From positions 1-57,627 of IMG/VR virus record IMGVR_UViG_3300037847_000264: DNA of 57,627 bases; one strand, written 5' to 3'. Positions within the stretch are counted from its first letter, which is position 1. Each line of letters opens with the position of its first letter. Below the pieces are notes generated by a model that did no database searches, had not been told where the DNA came from, and worked only from the letters and a program-made list of their open reading frames with translations. Shown one piece after another: positions 19,883-29,656 of this stretch. The position numbers and the translations under genes were made by a program. This DNA comes from a virus. Its lineage: Duplodnaviria; Caudoviricetes.

Positions 19883-21730
19883 TTAGTGTACTTCACTATA
19901 GCGTTGACCATATTGTATGTCAATACCTAAGTCAACATTTAATTTTAAATCTTCATTAAGTTTTTTGATAGCCCATGTCAATGCTGAACTATGCTCATCT
20001 TCTTCTCCTTTTTTAACAAGATTAATTGATTCATCATGAAACTGACCGATGATATTTGGTCTGCGAGTACGGTAGTAAGCAACCCATTTGTCAAAGCAGT
20101 ACGCTCCAGTAGATTGATTAAGAGTAGAGAATACATCTTTCTCATACCTAAGCGAATGCCAAAACTTACTTACAGGGTTTTGTACCCACATCTCTCCGTT
20201 GATCTTTCGTATTGATTGATCTTCAGAAAACTTTTTGACTGACCAATTACGTTCCCAATAAGCATCAAGAAGTTTTTGTGCTTCAGGCACTGGCAGTCCA
20301 GTAGTACGTGATAACTTAGGCGCACCAACGCCATAAGTAGCAGAGTAGTTTACAACTTTAAAGTTTTTACGTAAGTCTTTAAGTTGATTGTTTCTACCTG
20401 CATTGTATTCATCTATCTCTATTTGAGATACAGCATTAGCATGTAAAGCTAGGTCAAGGTGAGGATCAAATCCTTTTTGTGACATATCGTTTACATAGTC
20501 TGGATCATAAGGATACATGTAGTGACGTTTAGTTGTATCCTCTAGTGAGGTCATATCAGCACCACATAGAACATAACCATCTGGAACTGTAAGACAACCA
20601 CGTATTTCTTTACCCCAAGGTCTATCAACACCAGGAAGATTGACCAAAGGTTTTTTATGTTTGAATCGTAGCGTATTTGTTAAGCCATCTATCTCTGCTT
20701 TAACATAACCATTACGTTCACACTCAATAAAAGCTTCAAAGATTTTAAGTCTGTGTTGCATAACAGTCAAACCTTCTAGCACTTCTACTATTGGATTGTC
20801 GTCAATTAAAAGTTTAACTGAGTCTGTTAGCTCACCATCCTTACGGACTTGAGGTATCTTTCTTTCCTTACCAGTCTCTTTATTCTTATCGTACTTAAAT
20901 GTACAAGGCTCCCAACCAAGAGAGGTAAGCCACTCTTTAACTTGGTCAGTAGAGTTAGGGTTAGGATCTTCCCAACCTTTTGTAACAACAAGATCATCGT
21001 TGTAATGGTAAGGTAGTTTATGCTCATCAAGCAAAGCAAACCATCGCACACCATGCGAGGATGGACTGCCATCTTTTTTGAAACAAACTTTAGGTCTGCG
21101 TTTAATTGTAGTAAGCCTACGCTTAGGCATAACTAATTTAAGTTCAGACTCTTTGTCTGCCTTCTGTTTTGTTAAAGTATCTACACACTGCTTTGCCAAT
21201 TCAATATCTAACTTCCAACCTACCTGTTCTGCTTTAGCTGCACAGTCCATTTTAAATTGTAAGTATCGAAAGAACTTATCTAGCTCAAGCTTATCTTTAT
21301 AGATAAACATAAACCTTTCTAAAACATTTTGCCATAACTTCCAATTAATCTTTACATCTTCTACACAACGATGACGATAGTCATCTTGAGTAAGATTATG
21401 CCAGTCATCTATTACTGGTTTGGGTATACCAAAGTCTTCACCGAAAGACTCAAGTCCATGCTTAGGTCTGTTGTAGTTAAGAACCCAAGACATAGGCAGG
21501 GTATCAAACAACCTAGACTTAATCTTAATACCTAAGATCTTTTCTAACAATGGCACATCATACCTAATAATGTTATGACCTATCAGACCTGATTGACTTA
21601 GAAGTAAGTCTCGCATTTGATCGTAGTCAAACAAAGTATCTATGGCCTGACCATCAGATGTATATGACAAGCAATGTATTTTAGTAGCATCGTCTAATAG
21701 ACCATCAGCTTCTACATCAAATACAATCAT
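19883..21730 (-). CDS. polA: Family A DNA polymerase with 3'-5' exonuclease
   Basis: DVE ExoI, GHNIIRYD ExoII, GADMTSLE motif A, RKNFKVVNYSATYG motif B, QFHDE motif C. Confidence 0.92.
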   Translation of the reverse strand: MIVFDVEADGLLDDATKIHCLSYTSDGQAIDTLFDYDQMRDLLLSQSGLIGHNIIRYDVPLLEKILGIKIKSRLFDTLPMSWVLNYNRPKHGLESFGEDFGIPKPVIDDWHNLTQDDYRHRCVEDVKINWKLWQNVLERFMFIYKDKLELDKFFRYLQFKMDCAAKAEQVGWKLDIELAKQCVDTLTKQKADKESELKLVMPKRRLTTIKRRPKVCFKKDGSPSSHGVRWFALLDEHKLPYHYNDDLVVTKGWEDPNPNSTDQVKEWLTSLGWEPCTFKYDKNKETGKERKIPQVRKDGELTDSVKLLIDDNPIVEVLEGLTVMQHRLKIFEAFIECERNGYVKAEIDGLTNTLRFKHKKPLVNLPGVDRPWGKEIRGCLTVPDGYVLCGADMTSLEDTTKRHYMYPYDPDYVNDMSQKGFDPHLDLALHANAVSQIEIDEYNAGRNNQLKDLRKNFKVVNYSATYGVGAPKLSRTTGLPVPEAQKLLDAYWERNWSVKKFSEDQSIRKINGEMWVQNPVSKFWHSLRYEKDVFSTLNQSTGAYCFDKWVAYYRTRRPNIIGQFHDESINLVKKGEEDEHSSALTWAIKKLNEDLKLNVDLGIDIQYGQRYSEVH

Positions 21731-23325
21731 GCTGCAATTACACTCCCTTGATATGGTGCTTCTTCACTAAGGATCGTTGTCTCTGGATCGTAGTAGACTG
21801 ATCCTGCTCTACCTAATTTAGCAAACGGTCTGTTTTTGTCAACAATAAAATCAGTAGTATTCTGAACTATTTCATCATCAGACTCAACATCACGTTCAAT
21901 CTTTATACATATTATTGCCTCTTCTTCAAGAGACCCTGCGTATTTTGTACGCCCATCGTCATTGACCTGTGATATAAATACCACACCGATGTTGAGTTCC
22001 TTGGCTAGTTGTGCCATGCGTGAACCCAATGTGGTAAGCGTACTTGTCGCACCATCTACACCTGATTGTGATAAGTAGGCAAGACGTTGTACGTGATCAA
22101 CAAAGATAAAGTCAGCTCCATAAACAGACGCTGCAAGTCTGGTATAGTCAAGCAACTTAAGAGGATCGTCATGACTACGCATCTCAAATACTATTGTGCG
22201 TTCTCCTTGAGTCAACTCTTGTGCTGCTTTGATTACACTCTCCTCTGTATAGCCACTGTCTTTTGCGTCATCTTTAGTCCTGACATTTGTACCGAGGTGG
22301 TACGTAGCCATAGCACGATACGTTGTAGACTTCATCTCTTCCATGTGTAATAAAGCTATTCTTGTTGAGTTGTCACGGAGCAGACCAGTCTCAAAGTATC
22401 GGATGACTTCGGTCTTACCAGTACCACGAGGAGCTTTGATAAAAGTAAGACCTCCCTTAACCATACCACGTATCTTGTCATCGAGGCCAGAATGACCAGT
22501 GGGTACATACTCGTAAGGGTTTTCGTTAAGTATTGCCTGTTCGACATCCGTATCAGAACAGAAAAAGTTTTCTGGTGAGTAGCGTTGAGGTTTCTTTGCA
22601 GCCCACATAAGCTCACTACCATCACCTGCTTGTAAAAAATCATTAGCATCTTTGTGCTTTGTCATTGGCACGTACCAAAACTTTTCTGGAAAAGCTTGAT
22701 ATAATTTGTCAGCAGCTCTACGACCTGCATCATCTAGCTCACCTGCATATACAATCTCTTTGAAGGACGACAGATAAGCATGGTTGTGCTTGATAAACTT
22801 CTCACCGATAGCTGCGCTGGGCAGTGACTTGACAGGAAATGTTTTACCAAGAACCTGATACAAAGATGCGGCATCGAACTCGCCCTCAGTTATGTATATG
22901 CGTTGGCTTGTACCTGCGTTAAACTCAGGGCCAAACAAGAAGTGCATACCAAGTCCTTTGTCTTTCATCCAAGTCTTGGACTTGTCGTTATACAATCTGT
23001 ACTTGATTGTATGAGGGTACTTGTATGCGTACCGTACTGGTTTACCTTCACCAGTTTGAATTTGTATTCCGTATAACTCGCAGACATCTGGTTCGATACC
23101 ACGAATGCCTTCGTAAGTTACACCATCAACAGGTATATCCATAGGGTTTCTCCTCTCTTTTAATGGGTACTCTGAACTTACCCAATCAAAAACTTCTGGC
23201 ATGTCTTTCATTGGATAGGAATTTCCACAAGAATGGCAGTGACCAAAGCCATCGTCATTCCAATTAAATGCATCGCTAGATCCACAGTCAGTGTATGGAC
23301 AAGCTAGGTGTGGGTTGTCACTCAT
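21727..23325 (-). CDS. T7-type primase-helicase
   Basis: N-terminal Cys4 Zn-ribbon, TOPRIM EGEFD, Walker A APRGTGKT, VDH, SQVN, KNR. Confidence 0.9.
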   Translation of the reverse strand: MSDNPHLACPYTDCGSSDAFNWNDDGFGHCHSCGNSYPMKDMPEVFDWVSSEYPLKERRNPMDIPVDGVTYEGIRGIEPDVCELYGIQIQTGEGKPVRYAYKYPHTIKYRLYNDKSKTWMKDKGLGMHFLFGPEFNAGTSQRIYITEGEFDAASLYQVLGKTFPVKSLPSAAIGEKFIKHNHAYLSSFKEIVYAGELDDAGRRAADKLYQAFPEKFWYVPMTKHKDANDFLQAGDGSELMWAAKKPQRYSPENFFCSDTDVEQAILNENPYEYVPTGHSGLDDKIRGMVKGGLTFIKAPRGTGKTEVIRYFETGLLRDNSTRIALLHMEEMKSTTYRAMATYHLGTNVRTKDDAKDSGYTEESVIKAAQELTQGERTIVFEMRSHDDPLKLLDYTRLAASVYGADFIFVDHVQRLAYLSQSGVDGATSTLTTLGSRMAQLAKELNIGVVFISQVNDDGRTKYAGSLEEEAIICIKIERDVESDDEIVQNTTDFIVDKNRPFAKLGRAGSVYYDPETTILSEEAPYQGSVIAA

Positions 23326-23585
23326 GAGTTTATTTTACTCCTTTCTCTTGCCCTGTTACGTTCATCAAAACTAAATGGTCTGATGTCGTTATAACTATTT
23401 ACTTCATCTACAGATCTGTTTGTATCAAAGTCTACTATCACACCAGTATTCCATTTAGCACACTCAGCCTCTGCATCTTTTAAATTATCAAACAGTCTAG
23501 GCTTAGGGTAATTAGCAAATACACTGCTATCTTCTGGTACATACATGATGTCGCCATCTATGTCAATAACTATTGCAAGTCTCAT
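23322..23585 (-). CDS. Hypothetical protein (87 aa)
   Basis: ATGA-coupled to primase; AAGGA RBS. Confidence 0.6.
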   Translation of the reverse strand: MRLAIVIDIDGDIMYVPEDSSVFANYPKPRLFDNLKDAEAECAKWNTGVIVDFDTNRSVDEVNSYNDIRPFSFDERNRARERSKINS

Positions 23586-23596
23586 CTTTTATCCTT

Positions 23597-24286
23597 TCAC
23601 TCTGCGTACATCCTCAGTGCTTCCCATGATACAGGATACAGTTTCATCATTACATCTTCAATCTGTTCAGCTACAAGTCTTGTCTCGTACTGAGCATCAT
23701 CTTGTAGACGTAGCCCACACATCTTTGCAAATGCGTACAAGCTACCTGACCAATACCACTCTGTCATTGTTGATTGTGGCAACACCATACGTGCTTGCTC
23801 AGGTGCTACCCCTGCATCAATAAAGTTACGATAGGCTTCCAGTGCTTTACCATCTGATAAACTTTGTATTGTAGTTGCTGATAAAGGAAACTTACCGTTT
23901 ACATCAATCATTCCTACAGCACCACTGCTGCCTTGTTTCTTATCTTTACTACGTCCACGCCAAACTTCAGGTATATAAAACTCAGGTTCACTGTCAACAT
24001 ACCTACGGCTTATTTCATTCCAAGGCATGTACTCATGCTTCTGTAACTGTCGTGCTACAAAGATAGGAGCCTTGACATGGAACGTAGTAAAGACATGATT
24101 AAATGGGGACTTGTGATTGTGTTTGGCTAGGTAGTGTATCAGCTTAATATCTTTATTGTGAAGCAGCTGAGGTTCACCTGAATAAACACGTTGAATCCAA
24201 TCACTCTTTTTACCAAAGCTAACTCGTGCTGAGTTTACTATGGTAAGGTCATTACCCATGTGATCTATGTAAGTTGCTTCAATCAT
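23597..24286 (-). CDS. thyX: Flavin-dependent thymidylate synthase (start revised to MIEATY)
   Basis: NSARVSF, HKSPF, PIFVARQLQKH, NEISRRY, EQARMVLP. Confidence 0.9.
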   Translation of the reverse strand: MIEATYIDHMGNDLTIVNSARVSFGKKSDWIQRVYSGEPQLLHNKDIKLIHYLAKHNHKSPFNHVFTTFHVKAPIFVARQLQKHEYMPWNEISRRYVDSEPEFYIPEVWRGRSKDKKQGSSGAVGMIDVNGKFPLSATTIQSLSDGKALEAYRNFIDAGVAPEQARMVLPQSTMTEWYWSGSLYAFAKMCGLRLQDDAQYETRLVAEQIEDVMMKLYPVSWEALRMYAE

Positions 24287-24450
24287 CTTGTGTCTACCTC
24301 TAAACACGCCAGTGTTTCTGAGCTGTGGTTGACTAACACCACCGCTTCTTTCAATGCTAACATGCACTCTTCTTCTTTACCATAGTTACCTAGTTGGTAA
24401 TAGTCAACCCCTTGGTTAGTAACTAATTGCATCCATACTAATATCCACAT
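24283..24450 (-). CDS. Small hydrophobic-N-terminus protein with two Cys (55 aa, not in ORF track)
   Basis: MWILVWMQLV...EEEC...ACLEVDTR; coupled on both sides. Confidence 0.6.
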   Translation of the reverse strand: MWILVWMQLVTNQGVDYYQLGNYGKEEECMLALKEAVVLVNHSSETLACLEVDTR

Positions 24451-24794
24451 CATTGTTCATTCTCCTTCATCGTTATTTCCAATGCTCTCTTAATTAGTTC
24501 TTTACCTTCATCATACTCTCCAGTAAATAACTTATCGTAGCCCCATCTGAAATAAGATAATGCTTCGTTTGGGACATCAGTATTTCTTGTCTTATGAAAC
24601 CATTCAGATACTGCCTCTTCACCATGTGGATCAGTACCTGAGCCTACCTTATTAGCATTTAGAAACCGTAACAAGCTAGGCTTGTCAGTAGGTACATTTA
24701 CTTCAGTGTAATTCTTGCCGCACATCTTACGTGCATCTGCTTGTGTACCTGCCCATACACCATTACTGTTCTTATATAGTTTCATTGTTTCCAT
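24450..24794 (-). CDS. Hypothetical protein (114 aa)
   Basis: WAGTQADA...VPTDK..LL.FLN; GGAG RBS. Confidence 0.65.
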   Translation of the reverse strand: METMKLYKNSNGVWAGTQADARKMCGKNYTEVNVPTDKPSLLRFLNANKVGSGTDPHGEEAVSEWFHKTRNTDVPNEALSYFRWGYDKLFTGEYDEGKELIKRALEITMKENEQ

Positions 24795-25543
24795 GCTCCT
24801 TCTTCACAGAATATTCCACAGTCAACATCGTAGCTTTTCATCTTGTGTCCCTTTGCTTTGGGGTCAAGTTGTTCAAGCGGAATGTACTGACCTTTTACTC
24901 TCACCAGTTTTGCACCGATTTCTTTTGACTGCTCAAGCCTATCCTGAAATACATCAGGGTATGTAACACGTAACCAGTTCCAGTACGTAGGTGAGTTTAC
25001 CTTTACACATCCAAGGCAGTTAGCGTTGGGGTGTCCGTTACGGTACAGGTCTGGCAATCTTATACCTGCCTTGTTGATAATGTCAAAGCAGTCTTGTTTG
25101 TTAAGACCAAGATCAATCAAGGGTGTAAGCAAAGTGTCACGCTCAGTCATCTTAAATCTATCTGCCCTTGCTTGTTCCTCTGCGGTAAAGCCAAGCACAG
25201 TCCAGTCTGGATTATACTTTGCTTCCCACTCCTGTCGTGGTCTCTTTTTTAGTTCCAACGTACAGGGTGCGCCGTGTATTCCAGACATATACTTTCGGTC
25301 AGTCCACACTTCTTTAACCGATCCGTTAGGATACTTGCTAGACTTTACCTTAAAGATTGGATAACCTAGCCAGTCTGCTACATCTCGTAAGAACCGTTGA
25401 TTGTCCTCACCCTCTTCTTTGATAGGGTTGTTGCAGATGTAGACAGTATTAGAATAGCCGTAGTAATCTACAATTAACTTGGCTGCTACAGCTGATGCAG
25501 CACCACAAGAAAACCACACAGCTATCTTCTGATCTTTCATCAT
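24782..25543 (-). CDS. PAPS-reductase-like PP-loop ATPase with Cys motifs
   Basis: WFSCGAAS PP-loop, APCTLELKK, LGFTAEE..RA, NCLGCVK, C-terminal CGIFC. Confidence 0.75.
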   Translation of the reverse strand: MMKDQKIAVWFSCGAASAVAAKLIVDYYGYSNTVYICNNPIKEEGEDNQRFLRDVADWLGYPIFKVKSSKYPNGSVKEVWTDRKYMSGIHGAPCTLELKKRPRQEWEAKYNPDWTVLGFTAEEQARADRFKMTERDTLLTPLIDLGLNKQDCFDIINKAGIRLPDLYRNGHPNANCLGCVKVNSPTYWNWLRVTYPDVFQDRLEQSKEIGAKLVRVKGQYIPLEQLDPKAKGHKMKSYDVDCGIFCEEGAWKQ

Positions 25544-26424
25544 TGTCTTTGTCTCCTCTCAAGAGCATTGCTTGCAGTTTTAAAACTGAACTTGTTGTAT
25601 GGATTAAGACTCGATACGTTCTTATGTCCAGACACTGACTGAATAGCCAGATGATCTACTCCACTTTCAATCATCTGAACTATTGCAGTCTTGCGTAAGT
25701 CTCCTACTCTCAGCTCCTCAGGAAGCCGTGCAATAGCCTTTACTTCTCCAAGCAGGGCAGTCATCTGCATGACTGTTAGTGGCTTGTATGCATCGTCTGA
25801 GGGCTTGTGGTGAGGGACTACATATTCTTGGAAGTCTAAGTCTTCTTTCTGCTGAGATAACATCTCAAATAAATTATCTGGTATTGGTAATTCTACCGTA
25901 GCTCCACGCTTGCTTTGTGTTATCGTAACCTTACGTTGATCTAAGTCAACACTCTCCCATTTCAAGTTACGAATATCAACTGGACGTTGACCCCACTCAT
26001 AACACATAAGCACAATCAAACCAATACTTCGATAGTCAAACTTAGTAAACGCTACATCTAAAAAGGACATCACTTGGTCGTGAGTCCAGACGACAGAGCG
26101 AGGTGTAGATGATCGCTTCTTAACTCTAGCCATAGGATTGAATAGCAATACGTCAGTAGCAATCAAGTAGTTCATGAGAACAGAGAACACTCTTGCATTA
26201 TGGTTTGCGTTGGAGGTCGATGTCTCTGCTTCCCATGTATCGTATATCTCGTGACACATAGGTGAGTTTATTCTATCAACTCTTACATTACCTAGCGTCT
26301 TGCCCATAATAGACATACGACAGAAAGATGCTAGAGCATACTCGTAGTTGCGTTGTGAGGAACGAGAGAGAGCAGCAAACTGCCGAGTATTTAAGTATTT
26401 ATTTTTAGCATCTTTTAACTTCAT
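25540..26424 (-). CDS. int: Tyrosine integrase/recombinase (start 26424 or 26448)
   Basis: GQRPVDI (R), QSKRG (K), DLRKT (R), SGHKN (H), LNPY (Y); N-terminal core-binding domain. Confidence 0.85.
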   Translation of the reverse strand: MKLKDAKNKYLNTRQFAALSRSSQRNYEYALASFCRMSIMGKTLGNVRVDRINSPMCHEIYDTWEAETSTSNANHNARVFSVLMNYLIATDVLLFNPMARVKKRSSTPRSVVWTHDQVMSFLDVAFTKFDYRSIGLIVLMCYEWGQRPVDIRNLKWESVDLDQRKVTITQSKRGATVELPIPDNLFEMLSQQKEDLDFQEYVVPHHKPSDDAYKPLTVMQMTALLGEVKAIARLPEELRVGDLRKTAIVQMIESGVDHLAIQSVSGHKNVSSLNPYNKFSFKTASNALERRQRQ

Positions 26425-26557
26425 ATTTTTCCTACCCAATGTGTACAATCATCATGTGCATCGTCCATAGTAATACCTCCAGTACTTTAAGTTTAACTTA
26501 TAGTATTAATAACTCTAATATTAAAGTTATTAAAACACCCTTAGTTATACTTATAGT

Positions 26558-26588
26558 ATTATATATAAGCAAACTAAAAGTTAGTCAA
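26558..26588 (-). promoter_or_regulatory. Promoter for integrase/replication arm
   Basis: TTGACT-N17-TATATAAT. Confidence 0.6.
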
Positions 26589-26601
26589 GTGTGACAGGTT
26601 G

Positions 26602-27567
26602 TCACATATACTTACGCCACGAATCCTCATCCAAATAATTACCTAGATGGTATGTGTCTTGTATACTACACTCTTCCATCAAATCATACGGATTAAATCC
26701 ATAGTCAGCAAGCATCTCACTGATCTCATAAGGATAGTCTTGTACTATATTGTATATAGCTTGGACATTCTCCTTAGATACATGATAGTTACCTCTTGTA
26801 ATACCTGATGACCTACCATAGTAAGGTGCATACTCCATGTCTTTCGGGTCACGAACAAAGACCAACTGCGACCAATCAGCGCACAGTAAAGCAGCAACCA
26901 ACATGTCCAAGTATTGCAAGTCTTGTGTCTCATTGACACCATGCTGACCATAGTAACCAACGCTGATATTAGTACATTCAGGTACTATCAATGAGTACTC
27001 GTTACTGTCTGTGTATGAGCCACCAGTGTCAGGCTTAAGCTGCGGCATGTTTAGTGCCTCTGCAAAAGATAAAGCAAACTCATCTGATGCAGTACGCAAC
27101 CCCATCTGGTGTGTGATCACAGAGTTGTCACCATATCTGTCAAAAGATATAACAGCTCTAGTATATTCCAACCAAGACGGATAGTCCTCTACAAGAGCAA
27201 AGCTACCCTTACAACCAGACTCTTCAGCTGCATGGATAACATACGTACCATCAATACCTGCTTCAATCATACAAAGTATGATGTAGATACCAGTGGTACA
27301 ATCAGCACCCAAACAGTTGGATACCTTGTTGTCAGCTACAGACACTATGTCGTTACTTACCAACAACTTCTGCATTCCACTGTCTTTGTGTACAGTGTCA
27401 TGGTGTGCAGTAAAACACAACTTAGGTGTGTCACCTACCTGATGTATGTAGTTGCCATGCTCATCAGGCAAACCAAACACAGGTTCTAAAAATCTTTTAC
27501 AAAACTGCCTCTGACTTACACTGTCTTGAGGCCGCATGTATCTCAACATTTCAATAATGCTATGCAT
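26602..27567 (-). CDS. M28/M20-family Zn peptidase-like protein
   Basis: FTAHHDTVH, LGADC, AEESGC.GS, SFDR, YTDS, NISVGY..QH metal-ligand pattern. Confidence 0.8.
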   Translation of the reverse strand: MHSIIEMLRYMRPQDSVSQRQFCKRFLEPVFGLPDEHGNYIHQVGDTPKLCFTAHHDTVHKDSGMQKLLVSNDIVSVADNKVSNCLGADCTTGIYIILCMIEAGIDGTYVIHAAEESGCKGSFALVEDYPSWLEYTRAVISFDRYGDNSVITHQMGLRTASDEFALSFAEALNMPQLKPDTGGSYTDSNEYSLIVPECTNISVGYYGQHGVNETQDLQYLDMLVAALLCADWSQLVFVRDPKDMEYAPYYGRSSGITRGNYHVSKENVQAIYNIVQDYPYEISEMLADYGFNPYDLMEECSIQDTYHLGNYLDEDSWRKYM

Positions 27568-29155
27568 CTTTTCTCTCTCCTTTTAATTCCCAAACATCAT
27601 TGTCTGGGTTCTTTACATACCCATCGTTCTTTGCTTCATCAATGGATATGTCATGACCATCTTCGGTCATAGCCATTTGATCTAGGGGATACCACTCATT
27701 GTCAAAGTCAGACTCAAAGTAATCACTTAGTAATGTCTCTGGTATCCAGTCACTTTCATACTCTGACCAAACGCAGCAATCAGCGTGCCACCACTCACCA
27801 TCAACCTCTGAGTAACAGAATGTATCTCCATCGGTTTCCCACTCAGCAACTCTTTCTGTATCTGGTTGACCGTTTCTCAGGAAGTACACTGTCATCATAG
27901 CACTGTCATGCACATGCTCTCCTGCATACTCACAGTAGCTGTGAGTGTCATAGTAACAATCCTCACAGTAATGCTCGTCAGTACTCTCTGAGTAGTAGTA
28001 AGCATCCTCATTCAACCCCACATTACAACAGCTACAGTTAGTGTAGTGACCACCAAGTACACCGCTGTAACAGGTAGCATCAATCTCACCATCTTCACAG
28101 ACAACTAGGTGTTCACCATCATCATGCAGTGCCTGTGGAGATAGGTCTAAGTAAGGTGCGACAAAGCTATCCTCATCATGTACGATACGAGTTAGCCTAG
28201 CGCCATCCCAAGTAGCACTACCTGCCATTACAGCACCCTCGCTAGAGAGATGGTTCTCTATCATACTGATAGCTTGCTCTGACACGCCATAGATTGGCCC
28301 TGCCTGTGGTGCATCCAAGTGTGTAGCTACCACACACCTACCTGCAACCAAGTCATTCTGATCTAGTACATAGATAATCTTGAAGTCACCACTAGCATAT
28401 ACCTCAGCAGGATGTACTTGAAGATGATCAAAGTCATAACGCATACAGCTGTGAGCCATATGTTTTCTAGACCAAGTAGTATTTACATTCTCATTCTCAG
28501 ACTGCTCACCTGCATATGCAAGATAAAATTTAGCAGGTTCTGTTGACTCATGTACAGTAAGTTTACGAGGTGCAAACCTCTGCAAGAATCCATCGGTAAT
28601 ACCGATCAAAGTCTTGTGATCCAACTCAGGAAACATCAGACTGATTGCACGACCAGGTTTCATAGCCACCTCACGATTATCATCACGATCCTTGTGAGAT
28701 TGAAACACCTTGATCTTACCCTTATACTTGTCGGAACGTCTGGCATTGAATGCCCGTATACGACACATTACTTTGATCTTATCAAGGTGGTCAACACCAG
28801 AAAACAAAGGTACAATTTGCGTCTGTAGCCACAGCTGAAAATCAGTATCGTTCTCCTGACCAACCATAAACTCTCTGTAATCACCCCACTCTTGCAATAC
28901 TTTATCACTTTCATCAGGGTCTTTACGGTATTGTTTTTTAACAACAAATCCGTGGTCAGTAGGTTTAACTACATAGACTTGACTTGTGTCCGATAGTTGA
29001 ACACGACCACTGAAAGGGACATCACTATCAGTAGCGTCCCATTCAATATCATCAAACAAATGTGGTTGATATGGTACAAGTTTTTCAAAGAGTGCATCAC
29101 CGAAGTGATCTTTGATTTTGTTACCATCCACAGGTACAAGAGTATAATTAGCCAT
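27560..29155 (-). CDS. Hypothetical protein with central SCM domain and C-terminal Cys/His/acidic repeats
   Basis: 531 aa; SCMRY..HPAEVY..AGRCVV..IYG; CSCC, YCEDC, YCEY repeats; overlaps peptidase start. Confidence 0.7.
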   Translation of the reverse strand: MANYTLVPVDGNKIKDHFGDALFEKLVPYQPHLFDDIEWDATDSDVPFSGRVQLSDTSQVYVVKPTDHGFVVKKQYRKDPDESDKVLQEWGDYREFMVGQENDTDFQLWLQTQIVPLFSGVDHLDKIKVMCRIRAFNARRSDKYKGKIKVFQSHKDRDDNREVAMKPGRAISLMFPELDHKTLIGITDGFLQRFAPRKLTVHESTEPAKFYLAYAGEQSENENVNTTWSRKHMAHSCMRYDFDHLQVHPAEVYASGDFKIIYVLDQNDLVAGRCVVATHLDAPQAGPIYGVSEQAISMIENHLSSEGAVMAGSATWDGARLTRIVHDEDSFVAPYLDLSPQALHDDGEHLVVCEDGEIDATCYSGVLGGHYTNCSCCNVGLNEDAYYYSESTDEHYCEDCYYDTHSYCEYAGEHVHDSAMMTVYFLRNGQPDTERVAEWETDGDTFCYSEVDGEWWHADCCVWSEYESDWIPETLLSDYFESDFDNEWYPLDQMAMTEDGHDISIDEAKNDGYVKNPDNDVWELKGERKDA

Positions 29156-29156
29156 A

Positions 29157-29648
29157 TTAAGACCTCCAATCTGGCTCCTTACCCCAACGCCAAGTCAAGG
29201 TAATATTACGTTCTTTCCAACGATCATTCATGTACATACGATACGCTTGATGCACATCATCGACATCTGAATAATCCACTCCACGTTCTAAATTCCTAGC
29301 ACAGTTTGCAAACGGTGTCAAGTATTCATCTGGAAAGTCACCGTTGTCTGCATACTTTTGGAACTCAGGTATAAGTCGGGCAGACTTGTGTTCGCCAGAC
29401 TTTTGATTGAATAGCCAACTCATGTGGTGTAACAGCCACTGAAAGTTAGCACGAGATTTCCTTGCCCATTTACTACATGGATGATTGATATAAGCCAGTT
29501 TGTATACAGGCAAGGTTGTGTCAGGATCAAGCCAACGTACTGCGGTGGACAACATCTGTGCAGACTCAAGAATCATCTTGTTCTTACGGACATCATCCAA
29601 CCACAGTGCGGATTGCATCGGACACTTGTCGAATGCGAATATATTCAT
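29157..29648 (-). CDS. Pyrimidine-dimer DNA glycosylase-like (DenV family)
   Basis: MNIF......SA..LDD....KMILESAQMLST...Y....NHPCSKWAR. Confidence 0.7.
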   Translation of the reverse strand: MNIFAFDKCPMQSALWLDDVRKNKMILESAQMLSTAVRWLDPDTTLPVYKLAYINHPCSKWARKSRANFQWLLHHMSWLFNQKSGEHKSARLIPEFQKYADNGDFPDEYLTPFANCARNLERGVDYSDVDDVHQAYRMYMNDRWKERNITLTWRWGKEPDWRS

Positions 29649-29656
29649 AGCACCTC

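Noticed and set aside
15377-23325. Introns/inteins in nrdJ, polA or helicase
   Set aside because: ORFs are continuous and of normal length with no splice or intein motifs
24287-24367. N-terminal extension of ThyX in the ORF track
   Set aside because: Overlaps a better 55-aa ORF that is ATGA-coupled to the MIEATY start
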